Source: Sphaerodactylus townsendi
Lineage: Eukaryota
Assembly: GCF_021028975.2 (NCBI RefSeq)
Contig: NC_059430.1
Span: 26,598,001-26,662,000 of the forward strand
Reading direction: 5' to 3'
Length of the DNA stretch: 64,000 nucleotides
Part shown: in pieces, positions 36,242-48,786 of the stretch
Numbering within the stretch: position 1 is the first letter of the stretch
Layout: each line of letters begins with the position of its first letter
Notes under the pieces: model-generated
What the model saw: only the letters and a program-made list of their open reading frames with translations
Told to the model about the DNA's origin: nothing
Database searches by the model: none
Position numbers and translations under genes: made by a program

Positions 36242-37789
36242 GTTTAGGTTCTCAATTTATCTGTTTTTACCAATCTCCTCCAAACTGCCACTGCCCCCCA
36301 ACCCCAAACAAAACATGCTGAACATCCACAAGAATAAACCTGAATCACCAATGGAAATAGATAAAGTGGTGGCACTATGACAACAAAGCAATTGTATTCA
36401 TAATTGTATTGTATGTATATGTATATCTCTATTGATATACATAATTGTATTCTCATGACCAGTCCTTCTGCTTTCATTAGCATGTACACAGGAACTGAGA
36501 TACAAGCAGGTAAAGTGCTCTTAGCCCCTCAATATTTTCAAATAAAAATCTCTCATTAAGATCTCAAAAATCCTACTAGACAGAACAGCAGGCTAGCGAT
36601 CTATGATCAGAGACAGCCCCGCTTTGCTATGGAGGCTGCCTTCAAACATATTGAAAAACCGTTTTGCTTACAGTTGCTTAGACTATCAAACCTGCAATCT
36701 CTGCAAACCCCAGGTAAGCAGTATAACGGAAATATAAATTAAAATACAAAGCGCTTGGAATTAATCAATCTAGCATTTAATACAATTCATGGAGATCAAT
36801 TATTTTTAAAGGATTTGTTTGTGTATTTTAAAGGCAGATATTTGACTGCTCTGGACCACAATAGCTTTAAAAATAAAACCCAACACAGGCATTTAATTTT
36901 AGATTCAGTATCCTCCCTCCTCCTGACCTCAATTGAAGTATCTCCACTGCCTGTCTACAGCGTAACGTAATATGCACCAACAGCTTTCGTTGCTTAATAT
37001 AGCTGCACACTCAAGAGCCAGAAGATCAATAGAGATATACAAAGGGAAACAACTTAACAAGCAGTAGACCAAGGTTGGCATCTCAGCTGAGCAGCTGAGT
37101 ACTTAGCAAGATCTTGGGACCCCCTGCTGCCTCAATATTACTCATACTGGTGTGGAATATGACCGCAACCAAGGATAGGAGACTGCTAGCAGTCCTGTAT
37201 AATATTTAAAGCAAATATTTCAGCAGAACCTGGGTAAAAGACAAACAAGCATGATCAGGAATAAATAATTGTGCTATGCCTTAAGAAAAACTCACAGTCT
37301 AACATCATATATGCCTAATTTCTTAAGATAATCACTTCTGCTTCAAGTATACATTGACTGCAGCCCCGTATATCATTGTTTTAAGCTGCAAGCAATTTTA
37401 CACTGCCCTTTTACACGCTAAGCTATCCAATTTACAGGGAGTGCTTCATTCAAAAAGCACCAGTATGCAGGTGCAGAGAATCCTAAACATGCAGCAATTA
37501 TTTTTCTAACCTCGAGGCTCTTTTTATCTGTAACAAACATGCGTGGAATTGAGCTGATTCATTTTTGGATGCCGGGCTCTGTTTCTGCCCTAGCAGGCTG
37601 CATTATAAGTACGGATCACTGACGCCGCTGTCTTTATTTAAAGCCACACCAAGCATCCTCGGCATTTAATAGATGCCCCTTTAAAAAGTCATTGCTCTTG
37701 CAAGGAAAACTGGCAGGTTCTGCAGGCATGATCAAAAAAAGCATCTCAAAAATTTTTTATCAGCATCCTGACCTTCTTCCCAGGATCTC

Positions 37790-39160
37790 AGGATGAACTC
37801 AATACTGAAAAAATGGAAGTGCTACTGGTGGAGAGGAGAGCTGAGCCTGGAATTGTGATGTCACCAGTTACGGATGGCGTTAAAGAAGCAGGTTTGTACT
37901 TTGGGAATCCTCCTGGACCCAGGCCTCCTGTTGGACAAACAAGGTGGCAGTTTAGCCATGTTGTCTTTCAGCAGCTGCACTGCGGTACATGCCCTAATAA
38001 TATTTAGATTAGATTACTGCAATGTGTTCTACATAGGGATGGCCTTGAAGGCTGTCTGGAAGCTGTAGCTGGTGCAGAATTTTGCAGCCAGAAGTTGACT
38101 GGAGTGGGTTGCAGGGACCCTTATAACACTCTTGTTCCATCTACACTGGGTCTTAGTTTGCTTCTGGTCCAATTAAAGGTACTGGATACTTTAAAGCTTT
38201 ATAACAGTGATGGCGAGCCTATGGCACGGGTTCCAGAGGTGACACTCAGAGCCTTCTCGGTGGGCACGCACAAACAGAGTTCATCATGGGGGGGGGGGTA
38301 CTTTCCCCATCCCAAACATCTAGGCTGGCCTGGGCCGCTGGGCTCGATTATTAGCATTAAACCTAAGACCTTGTTTTGGGAAACAGTATAGGTAACCCTG
38401 TTAAGCGCTGTTAAACCACACTGATTTTCATGCAAAGAACTAAAGTGCAATCCTTTACCTGGGAGTAAGCTCAGTTGCTGGCAATGTGGCTTGCTTCTGA
38501 GTAAACCCTCCTAGGGTTGTGATTCACCCGTTTGAAGAGTTGCATGGTTGCTTCAAAGCACAGCCAACAACTACCACCAAGCTTACTCCCGAGTAACACA
38601 CGCCTCAGAGCCAATAATTTTTTCTAAACTAAAACCTCAGTATTCAGGTTAAATTGTCATGTTGGCGCTTTGCGATAAATAAGTGGGTTTTGGGTTGCAG
38701 TTTGGGCACTCGGTCTTGAAAAGGTTCGCCATCACTGCTTTATAAGGTCTAAGGCCAGCATACCTAAATAGCTGCTGCCTTTCATGTGAGCCTATCTAGT
38801 CTTCTTTGGAGGCTCAACTTTGGATTCCCTCACCTTTTGAGGCTAGACGAGGTGACCCAAGAAAGAACTTCCTTGGCTGTGCCTTCAAAACTTTGGAACT
38901 CCTTTCCTAAGGGGATCTGTTTGTCTCCATCATTATCTTTCACCAACCAGTGAAGACTTTTTTTGTTAGGCATTCTCTCACTAGCTCTTATTAGCCTTCC
39001 TCCCTATTTGAGTGCTTTTATATATTTTGTGTAACTGTTTTAAATATTTTATACATATTTGTATTTTATATGCTGCTTGAAATGTTTTATTGTTCACTGC
39101 CTTGGAAACCCTGTATTGGGTTGAAATGTGGCACTGAATTGTTTTAAACAGTTAAAATAA
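37790..39160 (+). mobile_element. Decayed L2 LINE 3' part, interrupted by the hAT element at 38205..38737
   Basis: ORF 37874..38068 contains LGILLD...RLDYCNVFYIGMALKAVWKL (L2 ORF2); continues after the insertion to an AT-rich 3' UTR and tail. Confidence 0.75.
38205..38737 (+). mobile_element. OC1-like hAT non-autonomous element (copy 2)
   Basis: TIRs CAGTGATGGCGAGCCT / AGGTTCGCCATCACTG; TSD CTTTATAA. Confidence 0.88.
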
Positions 39161-39275
39161 AATGGAGCGTAGGATCGCTGAAAGAGTATGGCTAAGTCAA
39201 GGCTACACAGAAAACCACTTGCCCTACAGTGCAAAACTAAGCAGTTACATTTGGACTTTGAAGAAAAAAATCCAT

Positions 39276-39365
39276 TGACTGTCGATGGCTTTCATAGCTG
39301 GAATCAACAGGCCACTGGGAGTTTTCTGGACTGAGTGGCCACAGTCCATGTGACTGTGGTCTCCA
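39276..39365 (-). mobile_element. Decayed PLE terminus (tail + pLTR end)
   Basis: TGTCGATGGCTTTCATAGCTGGAATCAAC matches the reverse complement of the PLE tail at 28675-28700 and 62415-62445. Confidence 0.65.
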
Positions 39366-39403
39366 GAGAGAAACATGTCTCACCATAACATGTCTCACCA
39401 TAA

Positions 39404-40568
39404 CAGTAGGGAGTGGTGTCCCCCAAGGATCCGTTTTGGGACCAGTGCTCTTTAACTTATTCATAAATGACCTGGAAGTAGGGGTGGGTAGTGTGGTGGC
39501 CAAGTTTGCAGATGATACCAAATTATGTAGGGTGGGTAGTGTGGTGGCCAAGTTTGCAGATGATACCAAATTATGTAGGGTGGTAAGAACCACAAAGGAT
39601 TGCGAAGAGCTCCAAGCGGACCTTGATAAATTAGGTGAGTGGGCTAAGAAATGGCAAATGCAGTTCAATGTAGCGAAATGTAAAGTGATGCACGTAGGGG
39701 CAAAAAATCCAAACTTCACATACACGCTACAGGGGTCAGTGCTATCAGTCACAGACCAGGAAAGGGATTTGGGCGTCTTAGTTGATAGTTCCATGGGAAT
39801 GTCAACTCAATGCATGGCAGCGGTGAAAAAGGCAAACTCTATGCTGGGGATAATTAGGAAAGGAATTGAGAATAAAACTGCAAAGATTGTCATGCCCTTA
39901 TATAAAGCCGTGGTGCGACCGCACTTGGAGTACTGTGTTCAGTTCTGGTCGCCACATCTCAAAAAGGATATCGAAGAGATAGAAAAAGTGCAGAGAAGGG
40001 CAACGAGGATGATTGAAGGATTGGAGCACCTTCCTTATGAGGAGAGGCTGCAGCGTTTGGGACTCTTTAGTTTGGAGAGGAGACGTCTGAGGGGGGATAT
40101 GATTGAAGTCTATAAAATTATGCATGGGGTAGAAAATGTTGACAGAGAGAAATTTTTCTCTCTTTCTCACAATACTAGAACCAGGGGGCATTCATTGAAA
40201 ATGCTGGGGGGAAGAATTAGGACTAATAAAAGGAAACACTTCTTCACGCAACGTGTGATTGGTGTTTGGAATATGCTGCCACAGGAGGTGGTGATGGCCA
40301 CTAACCTGGATAGCTTTAAAAAGGGCTTGGACAGATTTATGGAGGAGAAGTCAATCTATGGCTACCAATCTTGATCCTCCTTGATCTCAGATTGCTAATG
40401 CCTTAGCAGACCAGGTGCTCAGGAGCAGCAGCAGCAGAAGGCCATTGCTTTCACATCCTGCATGTGAGCTCCCAAAGGCACCTGGTGGGCCACTGCGAGT
40501 AGCAGAATGCTGGACTAGATGGACTCTGGTCTGATCCAGCAGGCTAGTTCTTATGTTCTTATGTTCTT
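39404..40568 (+). mobile_element. Young 5'-truncated CR1 LINE: open RT/C-terminal ORF2 to stop at 40374, 3' UTR, (TTCTTATG)n tail
   Basis: ORF 39436..40374 with SGVPQGSVLGP-LF, FADD, RPHLEYCVQFWSP, LERRRLRGD; octamer tail; candidate TSD TAACATGTC. Confidence 0.95.
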
Positions 40569-40579
40569 AACATGTCACT

Positions 40580-40666
40580 GTAGATGTCAGTCATAGATGC
40601 AGGCAAAATGTTAGGAGCAAAAACTACCAGACCATGACCACGCAGCACAGAAAATCTACCACAGCC
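40580..40666 (+). mobile_element. Decayed PLE pLTR arm (hammerhead core disrupted)
   Basis: AGATGTCAGTCATAGATGCAGGCAAAATGTTAGGAGCAAAAACTACCAGACCATGACCAC aligns with 62328-62410. Confidence 0.75.
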
Positions 40667-41840
40667 AAAAAATCTATCTTTAAACACATGACTGCAAGTA
40701 AAATAAAAAGACTTGAAAGGGTAAAGCACAAAAGGCACAAAGGTAAAGAATATGTTTGTTCCAAGTTAAGTAAAAAGCTTCTGAACTTAAGCAGCTATTC
40801 TTGTTCTGTGGAGAATTCTGTGATGCTAGCTATTCATAAAAAACTCAACCATGCACTGATGATTAAGATGAAATTGCTGATTTTCCATTAACGTCTTTGA
40901 AGCCGTAACTCAAAATCCAAGCTACAGTCCTGGCTACACATTTAAGGTGTGCCACAAGGCTAATGTTCTCTCACTTCTGTCCTTTTGTGCACATAAATTT
41001 CTCCTCCCTTTCATTTTCAGTAATAAACATGGTTAACATCTGCAGATACACCTTTTGTCTGAAATGCTGAAGTACGATTTTTGCTAACCACGGTTTGTTT
41101 CAAACCAGAGTTCAGAATCATGTTTTTTAAAATATATATTTATTAATCATCTCAATCAATAAACTCATTAAATTCTATACAATCAAATAAAGTTAATACT
41201 TATATGATCTAAAAGTGAGCTTGCAATCACACATATTAATGATTATTACGGTTGGGATAATTTACAGTGAAGATATCGCTAGTAATAACAAAAAAAAGGA
41301 GAAAGTATGTGTGCGTGTAAGGGAAAAAAGTAGACAACTATATGAACCCAGAGCCGCTGCTTGTCTCATAACCATGGTTTGGAGCCCAAGTGGCATTATA
41401 TAGGGAACCAACATTTTTAGACTATAGAGATCAGTTCCCTGAAAGAAACGGCAGGTTAAAGGGCAAAATTTGGGGCATCATGGAGATTCCTCCTTTCCCT
41501 CAACTCAGCCCTCCCCCAAACACCACCCCAAAATCTTCAGGGTGCCATGGCATCCCCCACCTGCACCCCCAGCACCTTTCCTGGCACTCACCAAGTGTTT
41601 TCAGAAAATGGAGCTAGGTAAGGCTTTGCTCAGCACAACTTCTGTTAGGCCACTGGAGATCTAATTGGCTGTGCAGGATTAAGAGGCATCCTGTTAAATA
41701 CACCTTTTGCCTGAAACGCTGAAGAAGTACAATTAGAGTTGTATACAACTGTGCTCCCTAATATTTTGTGACGTGCTCTGCCTTCTGAAGGAGCCATTTA
41801 TGATTAGCTCCACCTCCTATGAGGTGAGCATTTGGATTTC

Positions 41841-42012
41841 NNNNNNNNNNNNNNNNNNNNNNNNNNNNNNNNNNNNNNNNNNNNNNNNNNNNNNNNNNNN
41901 NNNNNNNNNNNNNNNNNNNNNNNNNNNNNNNNNNNNNNNNNNNNNNNNNNNNNNNNNNNNNNNNNNNNNNNNNNNNNNNNNNNNNNNNNNNNNNNNNNNN
42001 NNNNNNNNNNNN
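41841..42012. other. Assembly gap (172 N)
   Basis: Run of N. Confidence 1.
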
Positions 42013-42722
42013 ACTTACTGTGCGGCTGATCGATCCTCAGTTTTTGCCTCATGGGAAGATTTCCCTGTTTGCCCAGCTTCCTCACCACCCCTGCATTATT
42101 TCTGTTCCCACTGGTTTCCCTCCAAAGTGTCTTTCTCCAATCTAATTTATCCCTGCATAAGATGGGAAGTCGCCTGCTGTCCTTTGTTTGTTTGTTTTAG
42201 AGCAGCCTGTTTTTTCAATCGTTTGTCAGATCAGGTGGGGGAAAAACTAGCAGGTCTGTCCTTCAGCACTATGTGATAGTGGGGGGGGGGGGGGGCAGGG
42301 GTGTGTATGTGTCTGGGATTGCTGGCGGCAGTGCGATCCCAGCATGATTGGCCTTGCATTCAACGCAGAAAGCCCCGCACTCCAGTAAAACCTGGCAGTC
42401 AGGAGGCTTGGGTGTACTTTTGCAATCGGCCGAGCCTTGTCAATTTCACGAGGTTCACTGAACCTTCAATAGACTACAGTGAAATTTTTTTAAAGAATTC
42501 CTTGGCATGAACCTTCTAACCTTGCTGATCTTCACAAAAAGGAAGGTGAGTGGAAGGGAGGAGGTGAGTGGCGTGCATGGGGGAAGGCTGGGGATGGAGT
42601 AAAAAAATAACCTGGGGAAATCTTTATGCTCGCTGAACACCTTCGCTTGCCCTTTGAAGAGAGAAAAAAAGTAATGTTTAAAGAGGAACTGGAAAACTTG
42701 GGGATTCTCTGGTCTGAATGCG

Positions 42723-43010
42723 GAGTCAGCACGGTGTGGTGTAGTGGTTAAGAGTGGAGGACTCTAATCTGGAGAACTGGGTTTGGTTCGCCACTCCTCC
42801 CCATGAGTGGCAGACTCTTATTTGGTGAACTGGATTTGTTTCCCCACTACTTCACGTGAAGCCTGCTGGGTGATGCTGAACTAGTCATAGCTCTCTCAGT
42901 CCCACCTACCTCACAAGGTACCTGTTGTGGGGAGAGAAAAGGAAGAGGTTTGTAAGCCACTTTGAGACTACTTACAGGAGCAAAAGGTAGGGTATAAATC
43001 CACACTCTTC
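42723..43010 (+). mobile_element. Squam3-like SINE
   Basis: GGTGTGGTGTAGTGGTTAAGAGTGGAGGACTCTAATCTGGAGAACTGGG head; tail GGTATAAATCCACACTCTTC. Confidence 0.85.
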
Positions 43011-45407
43011 AGTTCCTAGTAGGGGAAAACGAAAATCTAAAGGGAATGTAGGCTGAAAGCAAAGGAGACCACACATGCGCAAATAGCCTGAGTAAAAACT
43101 GGCATTAAAAACCTCAAACTAGGGTTTAGAATTCTCCCAAATTTTCCACTGTCTCCAGACTGTAGTGATCAGTACCCTGGAGAAAATAGCACCATTGGAA
43201 GGTGGATTCTATGGCAACCTATCGCTGCTTAACATTCTCCCAAGCTCCACCCTTCTCAGGTGTCACCCCTTGACTCTTCAGGGATTTCCCAAGCTAGAGT
43301 TGGCAACTTTGAGAAAACTGAAGCAGGAGGGGTGCAAACCAGGGCCTGATCTCAGCTACTCTGTAGAGTTGCTTTCCCAAGAGCTTCAAAACTAGGAACA
43401 CACTGTGAGACAGAAAGAGAGTGGCACTGCACACGTGCCAGAACGCTAAAAGAACCTTGAATTTACTGTCCTGATTGTGTATTAAATTGACAACTGGTTT
43501 TTTGCAATTATACAACTCATCCACACCCGTTTATGAAACAAAGAGGAAACTGCAGCTTGAAGTAAGGAACCAGTAGCAACCATCAACTATTGCCTCTTCT
43601 TCAACTAGCCTCTGCAGCAGGGACTTTTCTTACCAGTGCCCTGACCAGAGATTCTAATGATGTCCCACCCACTGGAGAACACTGTTCCCTGGAGTGCGAT
43701 ACAACCTTGTAGAGCAGCAATAGCCGAACAAACCCGCGAGCAAGAACCCTTGTGACAAGGTTGTAATCATCAGGCCTGCTGATGTTCTGGATCATCAGGC
43801 TTTCACTTACCCAAACTTGCAAGCAATCAGCTGCAGCCAATTTCTTTTTTACTCTTTATCAAAAGAGGATATACAAGAGGACCTATTCACTATGCAGAAG
43901 CCCCGCTCACGATTTCCTAAATCCCACTTTGGGGGCTTCCATTAGGGAGTGAGAAGCGCAGGGGGAAAAAATATTAAAAAATAATGCCGGGATTATTTAT
44001 GCTTTGTTTAACATTCTAAATCTCCACCCAGAGCAAGCAAACCGAGCTCCAAAAGGCTTAGAGGTAAGAGTTGATTTCCCCTATGCCTTAACTTCTTAAT
44101 CCACAGCTCCGTGACCTCCTTTCCAGAGGGCTGTCAGTTTTCGTTTTAGCAGTCAGCATTCCTGTTTAGCCTCCCTGCTCCCGTCAGCATAAACCCAGTT
44201 TTAATCCCGAGCGTGAGCTCAGAAATAGCTGTCAAGTCCTTTCATCTCTCAATTCATTTAGAAGGCACTTCTCTTGCAAACCAAACGTTTTGGAAAATGC
44301 AATGAATAAGAGAAGATACAGAACAGGAGCAGCTAACTGCAGGGATCCATGCTGGTATTCGTATAAACAGAAGACAAGTTTGCAATTGTAGATGCAATCT
44401 TCCGTCTACGCATTTATCAGCAGCTGGTTACAACAGACAGATTAGCATGCGCCAGATCTTGCGGGAATATAACAGAGATTTAAATAACCAGACCTTGAAG
44501 CTGCAAGCCCAATCAAGATGCAACAGCTAATCCACTCAGTGTGGGGCCTACTAGCAAGTGCCAATACTATGGAGATACTATAGAGAAAAATGGAGAGAAA
44601 TAAGGGCTTTGCATCTCTAAAGGGTTGGTTGAGATTTTTATGTACTGTGTATCACTCAATACTTCTAGTTAATATAAGCCCAATAGACCATGTTGTCTGA
44701 AGTCGTATGAAACTCTCACCTGTCATGCTTGATCTACAGTGGCTCATTCAAGAAGAAAGAGTGCCACAATTAGGAAAGTTTAAGGATTCTGCTACGGTGA
44801 GTTATTCTCTCATGCTAGAGGAGGGGACAGAGAGATTACAACACAGGCTCCCAAGAGTGAGCAAGTATAGAGAAGGAGCTGCCTAGTGACGCAATCTCTA
44901 GAGGAACCTAAAGGATTTCCCAACAGTTCAAACTTTCCAGATCCTCCAAGGAGCTACAAAGCCCTCACAGGGAGACTGCGTTAATGAAAACCTCCACTTA
45001 TGAACAATAAGGCTTTGTAAGGAAATGCCTGTAGCCAGACATGCAGACTAGAAAAAAGCGATAAACAGCCCAGAGGGTCATTTAAGAAAGCCATAAGACA
45101 GCAGGGACCTGGCTGCTTGTGAAAGCAGAGGTAGTTATCTTCCTCAAGACTTCAGGCCCTGTTTGTTTCCTCCACTGTCCGATGGTCAGATAGCACATCA
45201 CAAGGTGGTTCCAGAAGAGGTGTTATAATATAGTGATTTAGCTACTGGAGGGAAGTCTCTTAATAGCTAAGGGTGGAAAGAAGATATTTTGTTTGCTCTG
45301 TTGATAGAACTCTACTGATGTGCATGTTGGTAGGGCTTTGGCGCTGCCCATTTATACAAGATTGGGCATCAGAGACAAGCATGCCCCCATGAAAGGTTCC
45401 ACAAACA

Positions 45408-45498
45408 CTGGGGTGTTCGTTTTCGGGCTGTACGGCTATGTTCTAGTATCATTTTCTCCTGACGTTTTGCTGGCATATGTGGCTGGCATCTTCAGAGG
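45408..45498 (-). mobile_element. Solo PLE pLTR arm with degenerate hammerhead
   Basis: Aligns with 28479-28572; flanking direct repeat AGGTTCCACAAACA (45394-45407, 45496-45509). Confidence 0.8.
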
Positions 45499-47250
45499 TT
45501 CCACAAACAGCCAGGCATATCCTTTTTAACAGGCTGCTAATTCATTGGCTCCTCTGCCTACAGCAACTGCATGCCACCATTCCTCTCCAGACCGTAGGCT
45601 GCTGATGGACACACACTGCCTACCATGAAATTGGCACCCACCCCCTTCAATGAGTTGGTGGGCACAATGTATGACTAAACACTCCAGACAGTCTCTTCGC
45701 CTCCTCACCGGCACTCCCAAAATAAATGCAAAAATGTAAGCGCTACGATTGGGGTGGGAGGAGAAAAATGTTGGGGTTTTTTTGAAAGATGAAATGTCTG
45801 GGTCTCAGATGCCTGCTTAGGGATTTTCCTGTTTGTTCTCCAAATACATTTACGCTTGACACAGTATACACAAGAGGGAGTGCTATCAGGCCCTCTACAT
45901 ATTTATCAGACACAACAACTGCCACAGACCCTGCAGCTGTGAGATTTATCCCCCCCCCTTTTTTTCAGAAGCTTATCTTGTATTTTTAATACAAAAAATG
46001 AGCAGTCTGGCTGGCTGCCAAGAAACCTAAATGCAGAGACTGAGCCATCTGCCTATTATTTGGCTGTCTGACAATTAAAGCCGAACATGGCAGCAGTTAC
46101 CCAATAAATACTTTTAGATGGTGGCAACACAGGATCCCGAGCTTTCCTCATGAGAACTGAAAAGCAACTGGGGCCACGTGTATGCGAAGCTGAGGAAACT
46201 CCTCACCAACAGTTGCTTTCCCCGGCTGATTTTCACATAAAAAAAAAAATTCTAAAAAACACTCAGAACGCACTCCGCTGCTTCACATGAATTCTCAATA
46301 ATCCTACCAAAGCTGTCATATTTTTACACTGACACCATAACTCTCTGCCAGCTTTATTATCCCAAGTGAGCCTACGAGGTATATCCTAGAAGGGTAGTTG
46401 TGCTAGTCTGCGGCTTTGAGTATAAATACATCTGACTAATGGTTTGTGAATCTGGTGCTAAGAGCTTTGACTCACGAGAGCTCGTGCTGACATTAAATTT
46501 GTTAGCCTGTGAGATATATTTGGCTGAGAGAGATTGGTTCATAGACACCCTGGGAGATTCGGGGGGGGGGGGGGGGCCTAAACACAGATCTCATCCAGAC
46601 CTGGGGACAATTCCGTCTATTTTAATTTTTTTATTAAATGTATACCCCACTCATTCTTTGCCGAAGCTAGGCTCAGTGTGGCTTACAGTGAGATTAAAAC
46701 CATATCTGTACATACAACATAAAAACGGAGGTAACATTTAAAATGTCACATTTCAAATGGTGTAATACATCTAACCTAAAAACCATTTCTACCCCCCCTC
46801 CCATTCTGCCACAAGTTAAACTTTATTTATCAGGACGGGGAAGAGATAGCAATGCACCAAGTAAGGGAGGCCGGTTTATGGATGGATCCACGGACTTGTG
46901 AATGGCCTCTACATGGGCTGTTGACAGATTACTAGGAGTTCTGTTCCCTGACTTGATTCCCAGGCACATCAGATCAGATTAAGATTATGGAGTGTGGAAA
47001 GAGGAGCTTTAAGCTTCAGTTTCCCCATAGTTAGTAGGGGTTTAGTTCATTGTAAAGTCTTCTAAGGGAGAGAATTTTAGTTAGCCCCTGTCCCTTTAAG
47101 ACATTTCCCAAGAGGCAGTCTTCCTTCTTTACCCAGCAATCCTGTTTTAGCTCTAACCAGTCAGTCAGAGCGAGGTGCCAAGTGTAGCTGGAGACTGGAA
47201 TATTCGTGACGTATATGGTGGTCCATAGTAGTCTATGGGACCTTGGAGGA

Positions 47251-47837
47251 TGGGAGGGGGCCCGGCATCTGGACATGGCCTTCCCACAATAGTGGAGCGA
47301 GGGGAAGGGGTGGCATGCAAGAGAGGGAAGGGAGGGGGCCCAGCATCTGGACCTGGCCCACCTACCCTAGTGGAAGGAGGGGGAGGGAGGAAGGGAGGGG
47401 TGGCATGTTAGGGAGGGGAGGTCTCACCATTATTATGAACTGAAATATCACAGGGAACTGTTTGCACCACTGGGGAAACTCACACGTAATGGTTATGCAC
47501 AAGTTATCCTACTGAGGCAAACTGTAGTCTCCCCAGGGTCATTTCAGGTCAGAAAAATTCCAGATCTCTCTTCCAACCTATTAGGAGCTCTGTGTGTATG
47601 TGTTTGCTGCACTGAACTGAGTGCTTGTGAACCCCTTATCCTTACAATAAAGACTGTCAAATTTGCCTTATACTCCCCCCGGTGGATCTTTTTCCAAGAG
47701 CTGACCTTCATATACATCGGTATGAAAGATCTTCCACGCAGCCTCTCGCAATGTTAATAAGCGGTCTGCTTTGAGCAAATACTCCCCACTTTGAGAGACT
47801 GCGTCTCCATCTTGGGTAACAGAGGCACCTCCGTAAC
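47251..47837 (+). mobile_element. Putative LTR remnant with upstream purine-rich imperfect tandem repeat
   Basis: TGTTA at 47406 preceded by a polypurine tract, AATAAA at 47646, TAACA at 47821/47837; two ~75-bp repeats at 47251-47407. No TSD found. Confidence 0.4.
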
Positions 47838-48631
47838 AAAGAGGAGGCTGGTAGGCTGGACTGCAGCTTGCTATGCATATGTGAGTGCAGTACATTGGAG
47901 CTCTTCAAAAATTAATCCCCTTGTATCCTCACAAAGCTCTTCTCTTTGTTTTAGTTTTGGCCGCTGAAAGAACAAAGACAAATGAATGGAAACATCGTAG
48001 ATTAAAGGGACGGGGGTGCACAAGATCTGGGAGATAAAGAATGTACATGATAGCTGGCTTTCGTTTCTCTCTTGCACTGAATCCCTAGGGGTTAAGGAAC
48101 ATAGTCCATCACAGTATAAATGCATCTCTGTTTGACATTTTTCTTCAGTTTTGATAGCTCCAGACAGTGTTTCTTAATATGTCAGGTACCCAGTATAGCG
48201 TATTGCATGTCTCAGTTTTTGTAGCTGTAGGTCTTAGACTCCATTATGAATCAAATATTCATGTTTATGCATTAAAAAACCAAGTGTTTGATTTTTGCAT
48301 TGTTTTCGTCATTCACTTTGAGAATATTCAATGAATATGTATTTAGCCCTTGTTTCTGCAGACGCTTACAGAGATTAAGGGATGGCTGTTCTTTTCAAGT
48401 GTGGGCACATCTCTCGTTTAACCTCTATCAAAGGTCTTTAAAGCCAAAGTCCTTCTTAAGGGTAGCAGGTTGGTCAAAACAGACCAGAAGAGCTCAAGTG
48501 TGAATCTACATACCCCAGGGTAATGCTACTCCCGATTCCCTTACTACCCTGTCAGCCAGAGACGAAGGGACAAAGTCAGCTCTGCAAAGCTGATAGTCAA
48601 CCCTCAAGGTTGAATGCTTACAAGTTTTTCA

Positions 48632-48760
48632 AGCTGTTATGGGTTTTCCAGGCTGTGTGATCATGGTCTGGTAGTTTTTGCTCCTAACATTTCGCCCTTG
48701 TCTATGGCTGGCATCTTCAGAGGTATGTTGTATCAAGACGCGTTTCTCTCTGTGGCATAA
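48632..48760 (-). mobile_element. Solo PLE pLTR arm
   Basis: Aligns with 62174-62265. Confidence 0.8.
48683..48723 (-). ncRNA. Minimal type-I hammerhead ribozyme motif (PLE-associated), core intact
   Basis: CCU-CUGAAGA-U-GCC-(13 nt)-GGC-GAAA-UG-UU-AGG: conserved CUGANGA and GAAA, stem II GCC/GGC, stem I CCU/AGG, NUH = GUU. Confidence 0.65.
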
Positions 48761-48786
48761 GGGGAGTTCCAGAAAACAGTGAATCT

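Noticed and set aside
39436-40374. Autonomous or functional reverse transcriptase gene
   Set aside because: 5'-truncated within the RT domain, with no endonuclease, ORF1 or promoter.
41773-42276. ORFs spanning X residues
   Set aside because: Artefacts of the N gap.
42723-42800. tRNA gene (also 16161, 19935, 48787)
   Set aside because: tRNA-like SINE heads with no complete cloverleaf.
47668-48503. Possible viral or pseudogene coding remnant in short ORFs
   Set aside because: No motif I could recognise in any frame; a tBLASTx search would be needed.
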